This document shows positions 39,949-51,500 of a stretch of 64,000 nt of DNA, piece after piece; the stretch's first letter is position 1; every line of letters begins with the position of its first letter. The DNA is from a virus: IMG/VR virus record IMGVR_UViG_3300037452_000118, positions 1-64,000 of that record; one strand, 5' to 3'. The translations under genes were made by a program, and so were the position numbers. The notes beneath the pieces are model-generated. The model was not told the origin of the DNA. It saw only the letters and a list, made by a program, of their open reading frames with translations, and ran no database searches.

Positions 39949-40917
39949 ATGCAGTGGTGTTGGAATTGTTTTTCGCATAATCCTACGGGCATCCGCTCTC
40001 TCGAGGACATCATCGAGATCGTCTCCGGCCAGCTCATCGCGCTGGGCCACACCGCGGCGTGGGACCGGACCAACGAGCACATGGTCGCGCGGGACGCCGG
40101 CATCAACATCCTCGTCGAGGGCTTCACGGAGCACCACGTCGGCATCGTCAAGCAGATGCACGAGGCCGGCGCGCGCTTCATCGTCCTCGCCACCGAGGAG
40201 CCGACCGACAAGGGCTTCAACCACGGCACGCAGAAGGAGATGGTGGAGAGGCAGCAGGTGTTCCCGCTGATCGCCCCGTACATCGAGGGCATCATCCACC
40301 TCGTCCCCGGCGACCACGTCACGCGCTGGTACTCGCAGTTCGCGCCGTCGGCCTACACCGAGCTAGGCTGGTCGCCGAAGATCATGCGGCAGAACGCGCC
40401 GATCGTCGTGAAGAACAAGGACGGCTCGCAGCGCGTCATCCCGGAGCCGGACTACGAGTTCGGCTTCTACGGCTCGCTGACCGATCGGCGGCACAAGCTG
40501 CTGAAGAAGCTGGCCAAGAGGGTCACCAACAACCCGAAGGCCATCGTGACGATGGTCGACTTCGGCACCCGGGGCAACCGCGACAACGAGATGCGCCGCG
40601 CCAAGGTCATCGTGCAGCTCCGCAAGTTCGACGAGATGGGGCTGGTGTCGTCGAGCCGCTGCAACACCGCGCTGGCCATCGGGCGGCCGGTGATCGCGGA
40701 GCCGCACGAATTGGCGAAACCGTGGGACGAAGTGATCCGCTTCTCGAAGACGCAGGAGTCCTTCATCGACGAGGCGATGGCGATGCGCGCGATGTGGCGC
40801 GGCGTCTACCAGCACCAGGTGGCCAAGTTCAAGGAGAAGTTCCCGCCGGAGGCCTGCATCGGTCGCGCGCTGGAGATCCTCGGCATCGGGCAGGAGCCGC
40901 GGAGGCTGGCGTCGTGA
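39949..40917 (+). CDS. Putative GT-B-type glycosyltransferase
   Basis: FGFYGSLTDRR, RAKVIVQL, SRCNTALAIGRPVIAE resemble the C-terminal domain of CgeB-like GTs. Confidence 0.5.
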   Translation: MQWCWNCFSHNPTGIRSLEDIIEIVSGQLIALGHTAAWDRTNEHMVARDAGINILVEGFTEHHVGIVKQMHEAGARFIVLATEEPTDKGFNHGTQKEMVERQQVFPLIAPYIEGIIHLVPGDHVTRWYSQFAPSAYTELGWSPKIMRQNAPIVVKNKDGSQRVIPEPDYEFGFYGSLTDRRHKLLKKLAKRVTNNPKAIVTMVDFGTRGNRDNEMRRAKVIVQLRKFDEMGLVSSSRCNTALAIGRPVIAEPHELAKPWDEVIRFSKTQESFIDEAMAMRAMWRGVYQHQVAKFKEKFPPEACIGRALEILGIGQEPRRLAS

Positions 40918-42090
40918 GAAAGCGCGCGCTTGCTTCTGCATAGTCGAGAGAAAACTATGATCGATCTTGAGAGCGACGATATTCCAGAGGGCTACTTTGA
41001 GTGCGAAGATGGCGATTATTGCGACCATGAAGAATATGAAATTGACGTGTGCACCGGCCGCGCCGCATGCCAGGTTTGCGGAGCCCGATGGTGGGCAACA
41101 AAAGAACAAGTCGATGCGGAGTTAGATCGCATCGCTGACTATACGAAATGGACTGATCAAGAAAATCGCCGCGAGCGTTGGCGCGAAGTTCTTTATTGGT
41201 TATGGTGGCCGTTGCGCCAGTTACGCCGCTTTTGGCCCGAACGGCATGACGATGAAATCCCGTTCTAAGGCCGGTTAACTGAGGTCTAGCATCCCGATGC
41301 CGAGGCCGCCTAAACGCGACAAAGCCTTCAAGACTGAGGTTGAATTATGCGGTGCATTTTTGGCCGCTGTTGATAATACTCAATGGACCGCATTCGCGGA
41401 AACGGCGAATTGGGACATACTTTTAGTCCGCAAGATCGACGGCTTCCAGATCGGCATCCAGGCGAAGCTGAAGCTCAACGTCGACGTTGTAAACCAGGTG
41501 ATCGAGGGCGACGATGGCTGGTTCAACACCGCCCACGCCCACCCCGACTGCTGCGCGATCCTCGTCCCCGAGGGCGACGACGGCAAGCTCGGGAAAGTGT
41601 GCGACTGCCTCGGCATCACGGTGATCAGGATGCGGTCGGCGAGCGCGGAGGGCTGGCGCGAGAGCGACTTCAAGCACAACGCCCGCTTCACGCCTGACCT
41701 GCCGCAGCCGGGGAAGTCTTGGAGTCAGGAAGCCTGGCACGACCTCGCCACGGTGAAGCGGCACAAGCTGCCGGAATACGTGCCGGACGTCGCGGCCGGC
41801 GCGCCCTCCCCGCTCCAGCTCACCGACTGGAAGATCAAGGCGATCAAGCTCGCCGTCACGCTGGAAATGAGAAAGCATCTCACCCGCCGCGACTTCGCCC
41901 ACCACGGCGTCGACCACCGCCGCTGGGTAACGCAGGGCTGGCTGAAGGTAGTCGACGGCCGCTACGTCAAGGACGCCTTCCCGAACTTCAAGAAAATGCA
42001 CCCGGTCAATTACAAGCAAATCAAAAAGGACGCGCCGAAATGGCTGCCGAAGACTCTGCTGGAGCCGGTGGCAACCCAGGCGGCGATGCT

Positions 42091-42930
42091 GTGAGCCTGA
42101 TCCGGGTTTTCCCCAGGCGCACGCGGGCGACGCCCGACGATGCCCTCGCGCGCTTCGGGCCGCCCGACCTCCTCGATGAGGCCGACGAGGTGCACGTCTC
42201 GGTCACCTTTACCTACGACAAGGCCAAGGCGGAGCAGCTCGCGGAGCAATGGCGCCACGTCGCGCCGGTCAAGATCGGCGGCGTGGCCTACGGCGACACC
42301 AGCCTGGAGTTCATCCCCGGCCGCTATCTGAGGCCCGGCTACACGATCACCTCGCGCGGCTGCCCGCGCCGCTGCTGGTTCTGCAGCGTCCCAAAGAAGT
42401 GGCCGACCGTGAACCTGCTTCCGATCTACGACGGCTGGAACGTCCTCGACGACAACCTGCTGGCCTGCGACCGCGGCCACTTCGAGAGCGTCATCGCCAT
42501 GCTCCGGCGCCAGAAACTGCCGGAGAACGGCCGCGTCGAGTTCAGCGGCGGGCTCGAGGCGCTGTCGCTGCAGGACTGGCACGTCGACATGCTGGCCAGC
42601 CTGAAGCCGCGCCCGAACTGCTTCTTCGCCTACGACCCCGGCGACGCCTTCGAGACGCTGGAGAGCGCCGCGCGCCGGATGCTCGCCGCTGGCTTCACGG
42701 CGGCGTCGCACCGGCTGCGGACCTTCGTCCTCGTCGGCTATCCCAAGGACACGCTGGCGCTCGCCGAGGCGAGGCTGCGGCAGATGACTTCCATCGGCTT
42801 TACCCCGTTCGCGATGCTGTGGAGGCCGGAGACGCCATCGCAGCAGAGATATGCGCCCGGACCGGAGTGGAAGCGGTTCCAAAAAATGTGGGCGCGACCG
42901 GCTATCATTCACGCCCAGGCGGCGGCATAG
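42091..42930 (+). CDS. Phage radical SAM protein
   Basis: TSRGCPRRCWFCSVP, LDDNLLA. Confidence 0.8.
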   Translation: MSLIRVFPRRTRATPDDALARFGPPDLLDEADEVHVSVTFTYDKAKAEQLAEQWRHVAPVKIGGVAYGDTSLEFIPGRYLRPGYTITSRGCPRRCWFCSVPKKWPTVNLLPIYDGWNVLDDNLLACDRGHFESVIAMLRRQKLPENGRVEFSGGLEALSLQDWHVDMLASLKPRPNCFFAYDPGDAFETLESAARRMLAAGFTAASHRLRTFVLVGYPKDTLALAEARLRQMTSIGFTPFAMLWRPETPSQQRYAPGPEWKRFQKMWARPAIIHAQAAA

Positions 42931-44339
42931 TGGGCGAATCCAGTTTTCAAGAGAGCGCCGATGAGCAACCGCAAGGGCCGATGCTTCCGATCACAGCGCC
43001 GCCTGAAGAGGCGCAAGGCGCGGCAGGACAAGGTTCAGCGGCGCATCGATCTTATGGCGCTCGCCGTCGAGGTCGGGGCGGTGCTGTCGCTGGTGGAGGC
43101 GATGAGGTTCTCCAATGAAAGCCTCACCGCGATGACTCGAGGGCGGCGGTCGCGCCTCCGGGATTTTTACCCGCCGCTCAACGTGACCGCCGCCATGATG
43201 AAGGCACGGCAAGCAGGAATAGGATTGCGGATATGACCAACGAGCAGCACGCTTGGCTTCAGGCTCACCCCGACTACACGATGATCGGCCAGGTCGGCGG
43301 CGGCATGCGCTACGTCAGGCGCGGCACGCTGAGGAAGGACGGCACCTTCGTCCCGGTCACCCGGTCCGCCCCGCTGGTCGACACCCGCGACGGCGGCTTC
43401 GGGGTCGGCGTCAAGGAGGTCGGCAGGATGGGCGCCGATCCCCGCACCGACTTCGGCCCGCGGTCGGCGGGGCGCTGAACGTGGGATTGCTCGTGCGCTG
43501 CACGGACGAGGCGGCGCCCTTCCCGCGCCCGGTAATCCTCGAGCTGGCCTGCGACGGCGCCGCGCACGGCATGTTCCCCGACCATCAAACCTTCGCCGAT
43601 CCTGACGGCTTCATCGCGCAGCACTCCGCCGCGATCGCGTCGGGATGGACCGAGCGCCAAGGCCCGCAGGGCAGGACATGGATCGGCCGCTGCTGCACCG
43701 GAAAAGGAGCGCGCGATGTTCCGGTTTGAATGGCCGCCGCAGTTGCTCTATCGTCTCCGGCGCCACCACCGTCGAGTCGCGATCGTCGTCGACGGCCGCA
43801 TCCACGAGCTCAACCCCCACCGGAGGACGCACCTCATGCTCCCAGTCACCGCCGGCCACGCCGTCGCCCTCGCCATCGCCTACCTCGACGCCAACGGCCA
43901 CAAGATGCTGACGCAGCCGACCCCGGACGGCCCGCCGTCCTGGACAGACGCCCCGAGCGCCCCCGGCATCGACACGCTGACCGTCGCCCCCGACGGGTCG
44001 AGCGCCATCCTGGCCACCAACCCCGCCGACGCCGACGGCTCCGACACCGTCGGCCTGTCCGTAACCGTCGGCGGCAAGACGTTCTCCGCGACGCTCGCCG
44101 TCGCGATCTCCGCCGCACCACAAGTCTTGAGCAGCGTGGAAATCGTCGGCACCGTCCAATAATCCCGTTGCAACGAATCGTCGCCCCGTGCGACAAACGT
44201 CGCCGGTGCGAGAGAACTCCTCGAAACCGTTGGAAGTCCCCGCCGCCGGCAGCACCCCCTGCCGGCGGTTTGCTTTTGCGGATGGCATGCGGCTAAGATA
44301 GCCAATGCCGCAAAAAAATAGCCATTGGACCTGATCAAG

Positions 44340-44855
44340 ATGCCGCGCGGAGGGGCAAAGCCCGGCGAACGCCGCGGCGGTCGCAAGAAGAACTCGCTCA
44401 ACAAGGCGACGATCGCCAAGCTGCACGATGCCGCCATCGTCGAGAGGGTCGCCGCCGACATCGGCGCCGACAAGACCATGGTAGACGCCGCGCTCAAGAG
44501 GGCGCAGGCCCTGCAAGGCTTCCGCGCCAAGTACGAACTCATCGAGCTGGCGATGGTGATGAAAAACCACCTGCTCCATTTCCAGGAGGCGGCGATGGCG
44601 GCCGGACTCCCCGGCGCGAAGGGCTACAGCAAGGCGCTATGGGACGAGGTCAAGGAATGGGGCAAGTTCTACCTCGACCTCTGCGACACGGTCGCGGACT
44701 TCGGCCCCGACGCCCGCATCAAGACGATCGCGATGGTAATGGCAGCGCCGCCGGAGTCTCCGAAAGCGCAGCCTGAAAACATCCATCAGATCGAAGATGC
44801 CAACGCGGCCTCGCGCGTCTATCTGCGCGTCGTGAAGGGGGGCAAAGCCGCCTAA
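44340..44855 (+). CDS. Probable terminase small subunit
   Basis: GGAKPGERRGGRKK N-terminus; immediately upstream of TerL. Confidence 0.55.
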   Translation: MPRGGAKPGERRGGRKKNSLNKATIAKLHDAAIVERVAADIGADKTMVDAALKRAQALQGFRAKYELIELAMVMKNHLLHFQEAAMAAGLPGAKGYSKALWDEVKEWGKFYLDLCDTVADFGPDARIKTIAMVMAAPPESPKAQPENIHQIEDANAASRVYLRVVKGGKAA

Positions 44856-44879
44856 CGCTCCGGGCGCGCCGAGCGCGCG

Positions 44880-46577
44880 ATGATCACCGACCCCGACTCG
44901 ATCGATTGGAAGCATCCGGATTACTCCGCCATCTTCCGGGCGCGGCTCAAGGTGCTGGAGGCGATCCGCGCCGACCCTTCGGTGCTCCCCGCCTTGAAAG
45001 AGTATTACCGTGACAACCCCGCCGATTTCATCTCAGATTGGGGCTTGACCTACGAACCCCGCAACGCCGAGCGCAACCTGCCGACCTTTATCCCGTTCAT
45101 CCTTTTCCCGCGGCAGCGGGAGTGGGTAGACTGGGTAGTGGCGCATTGGCGGGCCGGAACGCCGGGACTGACGGAGAAGTCGCGCGATTGCGGCGTCTCC
45201 TGGCTGGCGATGGCCCTGTCTTGCACGCTCTGCCTTTTCCACGAAGGCATCGCCATCGGCGTCGGCAGCCGCAAGACAGAGTACGTTGACAAAATTGGCA
45301 CCTATAAGCCGCTTCTGCCGAAGGGCCGATTGTTCGTCGAGCACCTGCCGGAGGAGTTCCGCGGCGGTTGGGTGGACTGGCGCGACGCGCCGTTCATGCG
45401 GATCACGTTCCCGCAGACGCGGTCGATCATCGGCGGCGAGGGCGGCGACGACCTCGGCCGGGGAGATCGTACGTCGCTTTTCATAGTCGACGAGTTCGCA
45501 TATTTCGAAAGGCCGGAGCTGACGGAGATGTCGCTGTCGCAGACGACGAACTGCCGCATCGACGTTTCGTCCGTCGCTGGCATGAACAATAAGTTCGCCG
45601 AGAAACGGCATAGCGGTCGCGTCGACGTCTTCATTTTCGATTGGAAAGAAGATTTTCGGAAAGACCAGGAATGGTACGACAACCTCGGCAAGCCGGAATC
45701 TGAGGGCGGCAAGGGCCTCGATCCCGTCACCATCGCGCAGGAGGTCGACCGCGACTACTCCGCCTCGGTCGAGGGCATCGTCATCCCCGGGGCGTGGGTG
45801 CGCTCGGCGATCGACGCTCATCTCAAACTAAAGGTCGAGATCACCGGCCGGCGCGGCATGTCGCTCGACGTCGCCGACGAGGGCGCCGACAAGAACGCGG
45901 CGTGCCGGTCGCAGGGCATCCTCATTGAGGGCAGCGAGGAGTGGAGCGGCAAGGGCGCCGACATCTTCGACACCGTGCAGCGGGCCTTCAACATCTGCGA
46001 CCTCTACGGTATCCCTGACTTCGACTACGATTCCGACGGGCTAGGCGCTGGCGTCCGCGGCGATGCCCGGATCATCAACGAGACGCGCCGCGCGAACGGC
46101 GCAAAGCCGATCCCGGCGCTCGGCTTCCGCAGCTCCGAGGCCGTAGTCAACCCGGACGGCATCGTCGAGGGCACCATCGGACGCGACGACGACAAGGGGC
46201 GCCTCAACAAGGATTACTTCGCTAACCGAAAAGCGCAGGGCTGGTGGTCGCTGCGGCGGCGCTTCCAGAAGATCCACCGCTGGGTAGTCGACGGCGTCAA
46301 ATGTTCGCCAGACGAGATCGTCGCGATCAGCTCGAAGTGTCCCAACCATCTCAAGCTCGTCGCCGAACTCAGCCAGCCGACCTACGCCACGAACGGCGTC
46401 GGCAAGATCGTCATCAACAAGAAGCCGGGCGGCATGAAGAGCCCGAACATGGCCGACGCCTGCATGATCCGCTTCGCCCCGAAGGACCAGCAGCCCGCCG
46501 AGTACACCGCGGAGCTGACCCAGCTGATCCGGCAGTACGGCGCCCAGCGCCAGGCCCGCCGGAACCGCGGCCGTTGA
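44880..46577 (+). CDS. terL: Terminase large subunit
   Basis: LFPRQ, EKSRDCGVSW (Walker A variant), FIVDEFA (Walker B), LDVADEGAD nuclease motif, SPNMADA. Confidence 0.92.
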   Translation: MITDPDSIDWKHPDYSAIFRARLKVLEAIRADPSVLPALKEYYRDNPADFISDWGLTYEPRNAERNLPTFIPFILFPRQREWVDWVVAHWRAGTPGLTEKSRDCGVSWLAMALSCTLCLFHEGIAIGVGSRKTEYVDKIGTYKPLLPKGRLFVEHLPEEFRGGWVDWRDAPFMRITFPQTRSIIGGEGGDDLGRGDRTSLFIVDEFAYFERPELTEMSLSQTTNCRIDVSSVAGMNNKFAEKRHSGRVDVFIFDWKEDFRKDQEWYDNLGKPESEGGKGLDPVTIAQEVDRDYSASVEGIVIPGAWVRSAIDAHLKLKVEITGRRGMSLDVADEGADKNAACRSQGILIEGSEEWSGKGADIFDTVQRAFNICDLYGIPDFDYDSDGLGAGVRGDARIINETRRANGAKPIPALGFRSSEAVVNPDGIVEGTIGRDDDKGRLNKDYFANRKAQGWWSLRRRFQKIHRWVVDGVKCSPDEIVAISSKCPNHLKLVAELSQPTYATNGVGKIVINKKPGGMKSPNMADACMIRFAPKDQQPAEYTAELTQLIRQYGAQRQARRNRGR

Positions 46578-48553
46578 CGCGCCCTTGGTTTCGGGACACG
46601 GTGCCGTGCTCGATTTTCAAAAAAATCAAGGGGCAAATCCGATGAGCGTTCCGCGCCTTCTCCGCAACGCCCGCGACGGGCTGGGCAAGTACAGCGTCTT
46701 CGACAACCGCAAGCAGAAGCCGGTGCTGCAGGACGGCCCCGGCGAGGCGAACGAGCACTTCGTCCTGATGCTCAAGGACAAATACTCGCGCGCCGCGCTG
46801 ATGGCCTACGCCGACGCGGCCGCTGCCGACGGCGAGCTGGAGTATGCCAGGGACGTGACCGATCTGGCGAACCGCGCCGGGCCGCTGCACCCGAACTGCA
46901 AGGCGCCGGACTGATGCGCACCGATCCCTACAAGGTCGCCGACCGGCTGACGGCGGTCTACGTCTTCGCCGGCGTCGGGATTGGCCTCGCCATCCTCGGC
47001 GGATGGGGCTACGTCGTCGTCCATTTCGCGCGCAAGTTCTGGTGAGAAACACGCATGAGCGCCGACAAGCACAAGAAGAAGCAGCGGGCTTTCGAGATGC
47101 TCCGCGATCACAGGCGATGGGTGCGCCACGACGGTCCGATGTCCTTCCATTTCAGCGGAACGCCATCGGCCGCGATGCGATGGCTCGTCGAGAAAGGTCA
47201 CGCCGTCATTACCAGACGGGCTCGGCATCCGGCAGGCTTGGCGGGACGCAACGTGTTCACAGAGCTAAGTTGAATGAACGAGATCCCGCGCCGATCCTTC
47301 CTCGCCCTGCTCGGCGCCGCCGTGGTCGCGGCGAAGCTGCCGCCGGAGCCTTTGCTGGCGACGCCGCTTCAGGCGTTCACCCCGGAGGAGATCAAGAGCG
47401 ATCCGGTCACCATCGTGCGGCGCTGGTACGTCACCCGCGTTGAGATATGTGACGGATGGGGAGGAGAGCGTTCCCGCGTGCGCCTCGTCGAGACTTTTTT
47501 CCCAGAAGACGATGCCGCCAAGTTCCCGCAGGCGCAGATTGATTACGGGGACATCATCGCCTGCTCGGTGGAGAGGCCGGTCGAGACCTACATGACGCAG
47601 GAGATGGGCCCGATCCATTTTCCGCTGCCGGCGACCGCAGAGGTCGAGATAAGTACCGGCAAAGCGATGGACCTGCAGCGGAAGATGATGGGCGGCCTCG
47701 ACCTCGTCGAGTTCGTCGGCGACGCTCCGCTTTGATCCCAAAGGAGTTTCATGTGAAACAGTCGCTTGCAGGACGTTAGTATGGACAAGGCCGCACTGCC
47801 TGAAATGAGAGAAGGTCGCCCCGATGATTGGGTGGCCTCATGTGGCGTCTGTGACGAACCGTTCGCTATGCGAAACGCGGACGCCCCAGAAGGCAATCCT
47901 TATCCGCATGGGTGCTTTTGCCCAGACTGCCAAGCTCGGAAATTGATTGCGCCGGGGGTGCTGCACTGGCATCGCCGCGCGGAAAACGACTAACCGCCGA
48001 CAATCGCGCGCCGCGTGACACCTGCTTGATTCCCGGCCATACTGCGAGTCGCCTTTTCAAATCGGGGGACTAGCCTGATGGCTGACCAACGGCGCGAGCG
48101 CGACAAGTCCGGCGCCGCCGCGGCGTTCGGCGTCGCGATCCTCCTCCTGCTGGCGGTCATGCTGGCTTGGTGCGGGCATCGCGTCCCGGCGGCGCTCCCG
48201 CCGGCCGCAGAGCCGCCGATCGTTGCGCCGACCCCTCCGGTTGTTGCGCCGGAACCCCCTCCCGTTGCATCGGAGCCGCCGGCCGTCGCGCAACCGGGCG
48301 AAGCGCCCCAGATGGCGCCGCAGGAAGAGCCGAAACCACCGGAACCGGCCGTTCCAGCTATGCCCCTGCCGCCAGATAGGGCCGTGGCGCCGCCGACCCC
48401 GCCAGACGCGGCGCCGCCGGCGCGGGCCACGCCAGCGGGCCCGGCGCCCGGTCGCGCCCCCGCCCCCCGCAGGCACCGGGCGCCCCGTCCCCGCGGCGAC
48501 CGCGGCTGCAGCCAAGCCTACCTGTCGATCTCCTGCCCGCAGAAGGAACGCCA

Positions 48554-51500
48554 ATGACCAAGAAAGCCGGCCACGGCGGCCCGAGGCCCGGCGCCGGCCG
48601 CAAGCCGCTGACCCCCGAGGAGCAGGAGGCCAAGCGGGTTCGGCGGAACGAGGCCGCCCGGAAACGCCGCGCCGACGCCAAGGCGAAGGCCGCCGGCGCG
48701 GCCGTAGCCGAGGCCCCCGCCACCGTCCCCGCCGCGCCGAAGGGCCAGCAGGCGGGCGCCTGGGGCGACGCGCGGGCCATCGAGGCGCTGATGGAGCGGA
48801 TGGGCCAGCGGAGGAAGCGGAGCCGGGCGCCGGAGTTCAACCCGTTCCAGGTCGCCAAGCACCCGCCGCGGGCCACCCCGCCGAAGAAGCTCCAGATGGC
48901 GATGGACGACGGCACGATGGGCTGGGCGGCGAGCGCCTGGCTGGGCGGGTTCGGCGGCGTCTTCGGGGCGGTGGGCGCGGAGGGGCTGCAGTTCCTCGGC
49001 TACCCCTACCTGTCGGAGCTGGCGCAGCGGACGGAGTACCGCGTCATCTCGGAGACCATCGCCGACGACGCCACGCGGAAGTGGATCGACTTCGACGTCA
49101 CCGGCACCATCAAGGACAAGGAGAAGGGCCAGGACGACGAGGAGACCGAGGAGAAGGAGGAGGCCGGCGAGCCGGTCGACCCCGACGAGGAGAAGCAGAA
49201 GCGCGAGGACCGCGTGAAGTCCTCGGGCAAGATGGAGAAGGTGAAGCAGCTCAAGGACGAGCTGGCGCGGCTCGAGCTGCGGGACTGCATGTACCGGATC
49301 TGCCGCGACGACGGCTTCTTCGGGCGATCGCACCTCTACCTCGACTTCGGCGACGACCTCGACAAGACCGAGGCGATGAACGAGCTGAAGACGCCGATCG
49401 GCGACGGCCGCGACAAGCTCAGCCAGGGCAAGGTGGGACCGCAGAAGCCGCTGGCGGCGGTGCGCCCGGTCGAGCCGGTGTGGTGCTACCCGACGACCTA
49501 CAACGCCATCAACCCGCTGCGCGACGACTGGTACAACCCGCAGGTCTGGTACGTGATGGGCCGCGAGATCCACCGCAGCCGCCTGCCGACCTTCGTCGGC
49601 CACCCGGTCCCCGACCTCCTGAAGCCTGCGTACTCGTTCGGCGGCCTGTCGCTGTCGCAGATAGCGAAACCCTACGTCGACATCTGGCTGCAGACCCGGG
49701 ACAGCGTTGGGGAGCTGATCCACGCCTTCTCGACGATGGTGCTGCTGACCGACGTGCAGACCAACCTGGCGCCGGGGGCGACCGGCGGTCCGGGCACGCT
49801 GATGGCGCGCGTCGCCGCGTTCAACGACTTCCGCGACAACATGAACACCTTCGTGCTGAACAAAAATACGGAGGATTTCAAAAATGTGTCGGTCCCGCTC
49901 GGCGGCCTGCACGAGCTCCAGGCGCAGTCGCAGGAGCATGTTGCCTCGGCTGTACGCATCCCGCTCATCAAGTTCACGGGGCTGCAGCCTGCGGGACTCA
50001 ATGCGTCCGCCGAGGGTGAGGTGCGAGCATATTACGACACGATCGCGGCCTACCAGAACCGCTTCCTACGGCCCAACCTGACCCGCGTCCTCAACTTCGT
50101 GCAGCTCTCGCTATGGGGCGAGATTGACCCAGAAATTGTCTTCGACTTCGAGGGCCTCTGGGAGATGAGCGAGAAGGAGAAGGCCGACCTCCAGAAGGCC
50201 GAGGCGGAGCGCAACCAGACCTACGTCGACATGGGCGTCATCGCGCCGGAGGAGGTCCGCGGCGTGGTCATCGACGACCCCGAGCTGCCGTTCGGCGACC
50301 TCGACCCCGACGACGTGCCGGAGCTCAAGGAGGAGGAAGAGGGCGGCCTCATCCCGCCCGGCGGCGGGCGCGCCGAGGAGGCCATCATCGGCGAGCCGGG
50401 CGCGGAGCCCGGCGGTCCGGGCCGGCCGGCGGGCGCCCCGGCGCCGAAGCCCGGCGGCGGCCACGGCGACCCGGCGTTCCAGGAAGACGGGGGAGGCGCG
50501 GCGGCGGGGGCGCGCAACGTGGTCCCTTTCAGGGCGCGCGGCGCCGCTGACGAGCTGGACCCGCTCTTCGCCAGCCTCGCCAACGACGCCGCGATCGAGT
50601 GGAACGAGAGCAAGCACCCCCGCGACCCCAAGGGCGAGTTCACGGCTGGCGCGTCGGCTGGCGCGGCGTCCCATGCCGCGGAGACCGGCGCCGGCGCCCC
50701 GAAGGCCAAGGGCTACGGCTGGCACGGCGGCCCCCAGCAGCACTTCGTCATGCCGCAGTTCGGGCTGTGGGGGCCGCCGGGCAGTTTCGGCGGCGGGCAC
50801 TGGAGGCCGGAGCCGCGGCCGCCGCTCGACCCCTCGACGCTCAAGAAGGTCGGCCCGCAGATGGGGTCGAACCCCGGCGGCGTGTTCGAGGACGAGAAGG
50901 GGCGCAAGTTCTACGTCAAGGAGGGCCGGTCCAAGGACCACGTCCGCAACGAGCTCACCGCGGCCGACCTCTACGACCTCGCCGGCGCCCCGACGCTGCG
51001 CTACCGCGACGTCGCCGGCGGCGCGCACATAGCGTCGGAGATGGAGAAGCTCAGCAAGAAGAACGCGTCGGAGCTGTCGGCGGAGGAGGTGCGCAAGGCC
51101 AAGCGCGACTTCGCCGCGCACGCCTGGACGGCGAACTACGACGCGGTGGGCACCGGCGGCGACAACCTTGTCGCGGCGGGCCCGGACGTCTTCACGGTCG
51201 ACCTCGGCGGCGCGCTTGAATACCGGGCGCGCGGCAAGCCCAAGGGCGACGCGTTCGGGAACCAAGTCACAGAGATGGACACCATGCGCGATCCGAGCAT
51301 CGCGCCGGACGCCTCCGCGATCTTCGGCGACATCACCCCCGCCGAGTTCAGGGAATCGGCCGCCCGCGTGACGCGGATCAGCGACGGCGCCATCCGCGCC
51401 GCGGTCAAAGCGCGCGGCGGGTCGGACGCCTTGGCCGACAAGATGATCGCGCGGCGCGACGACATAGCGAAGCGGGCCAAGACTTTCGGCGCCGAGGGCG

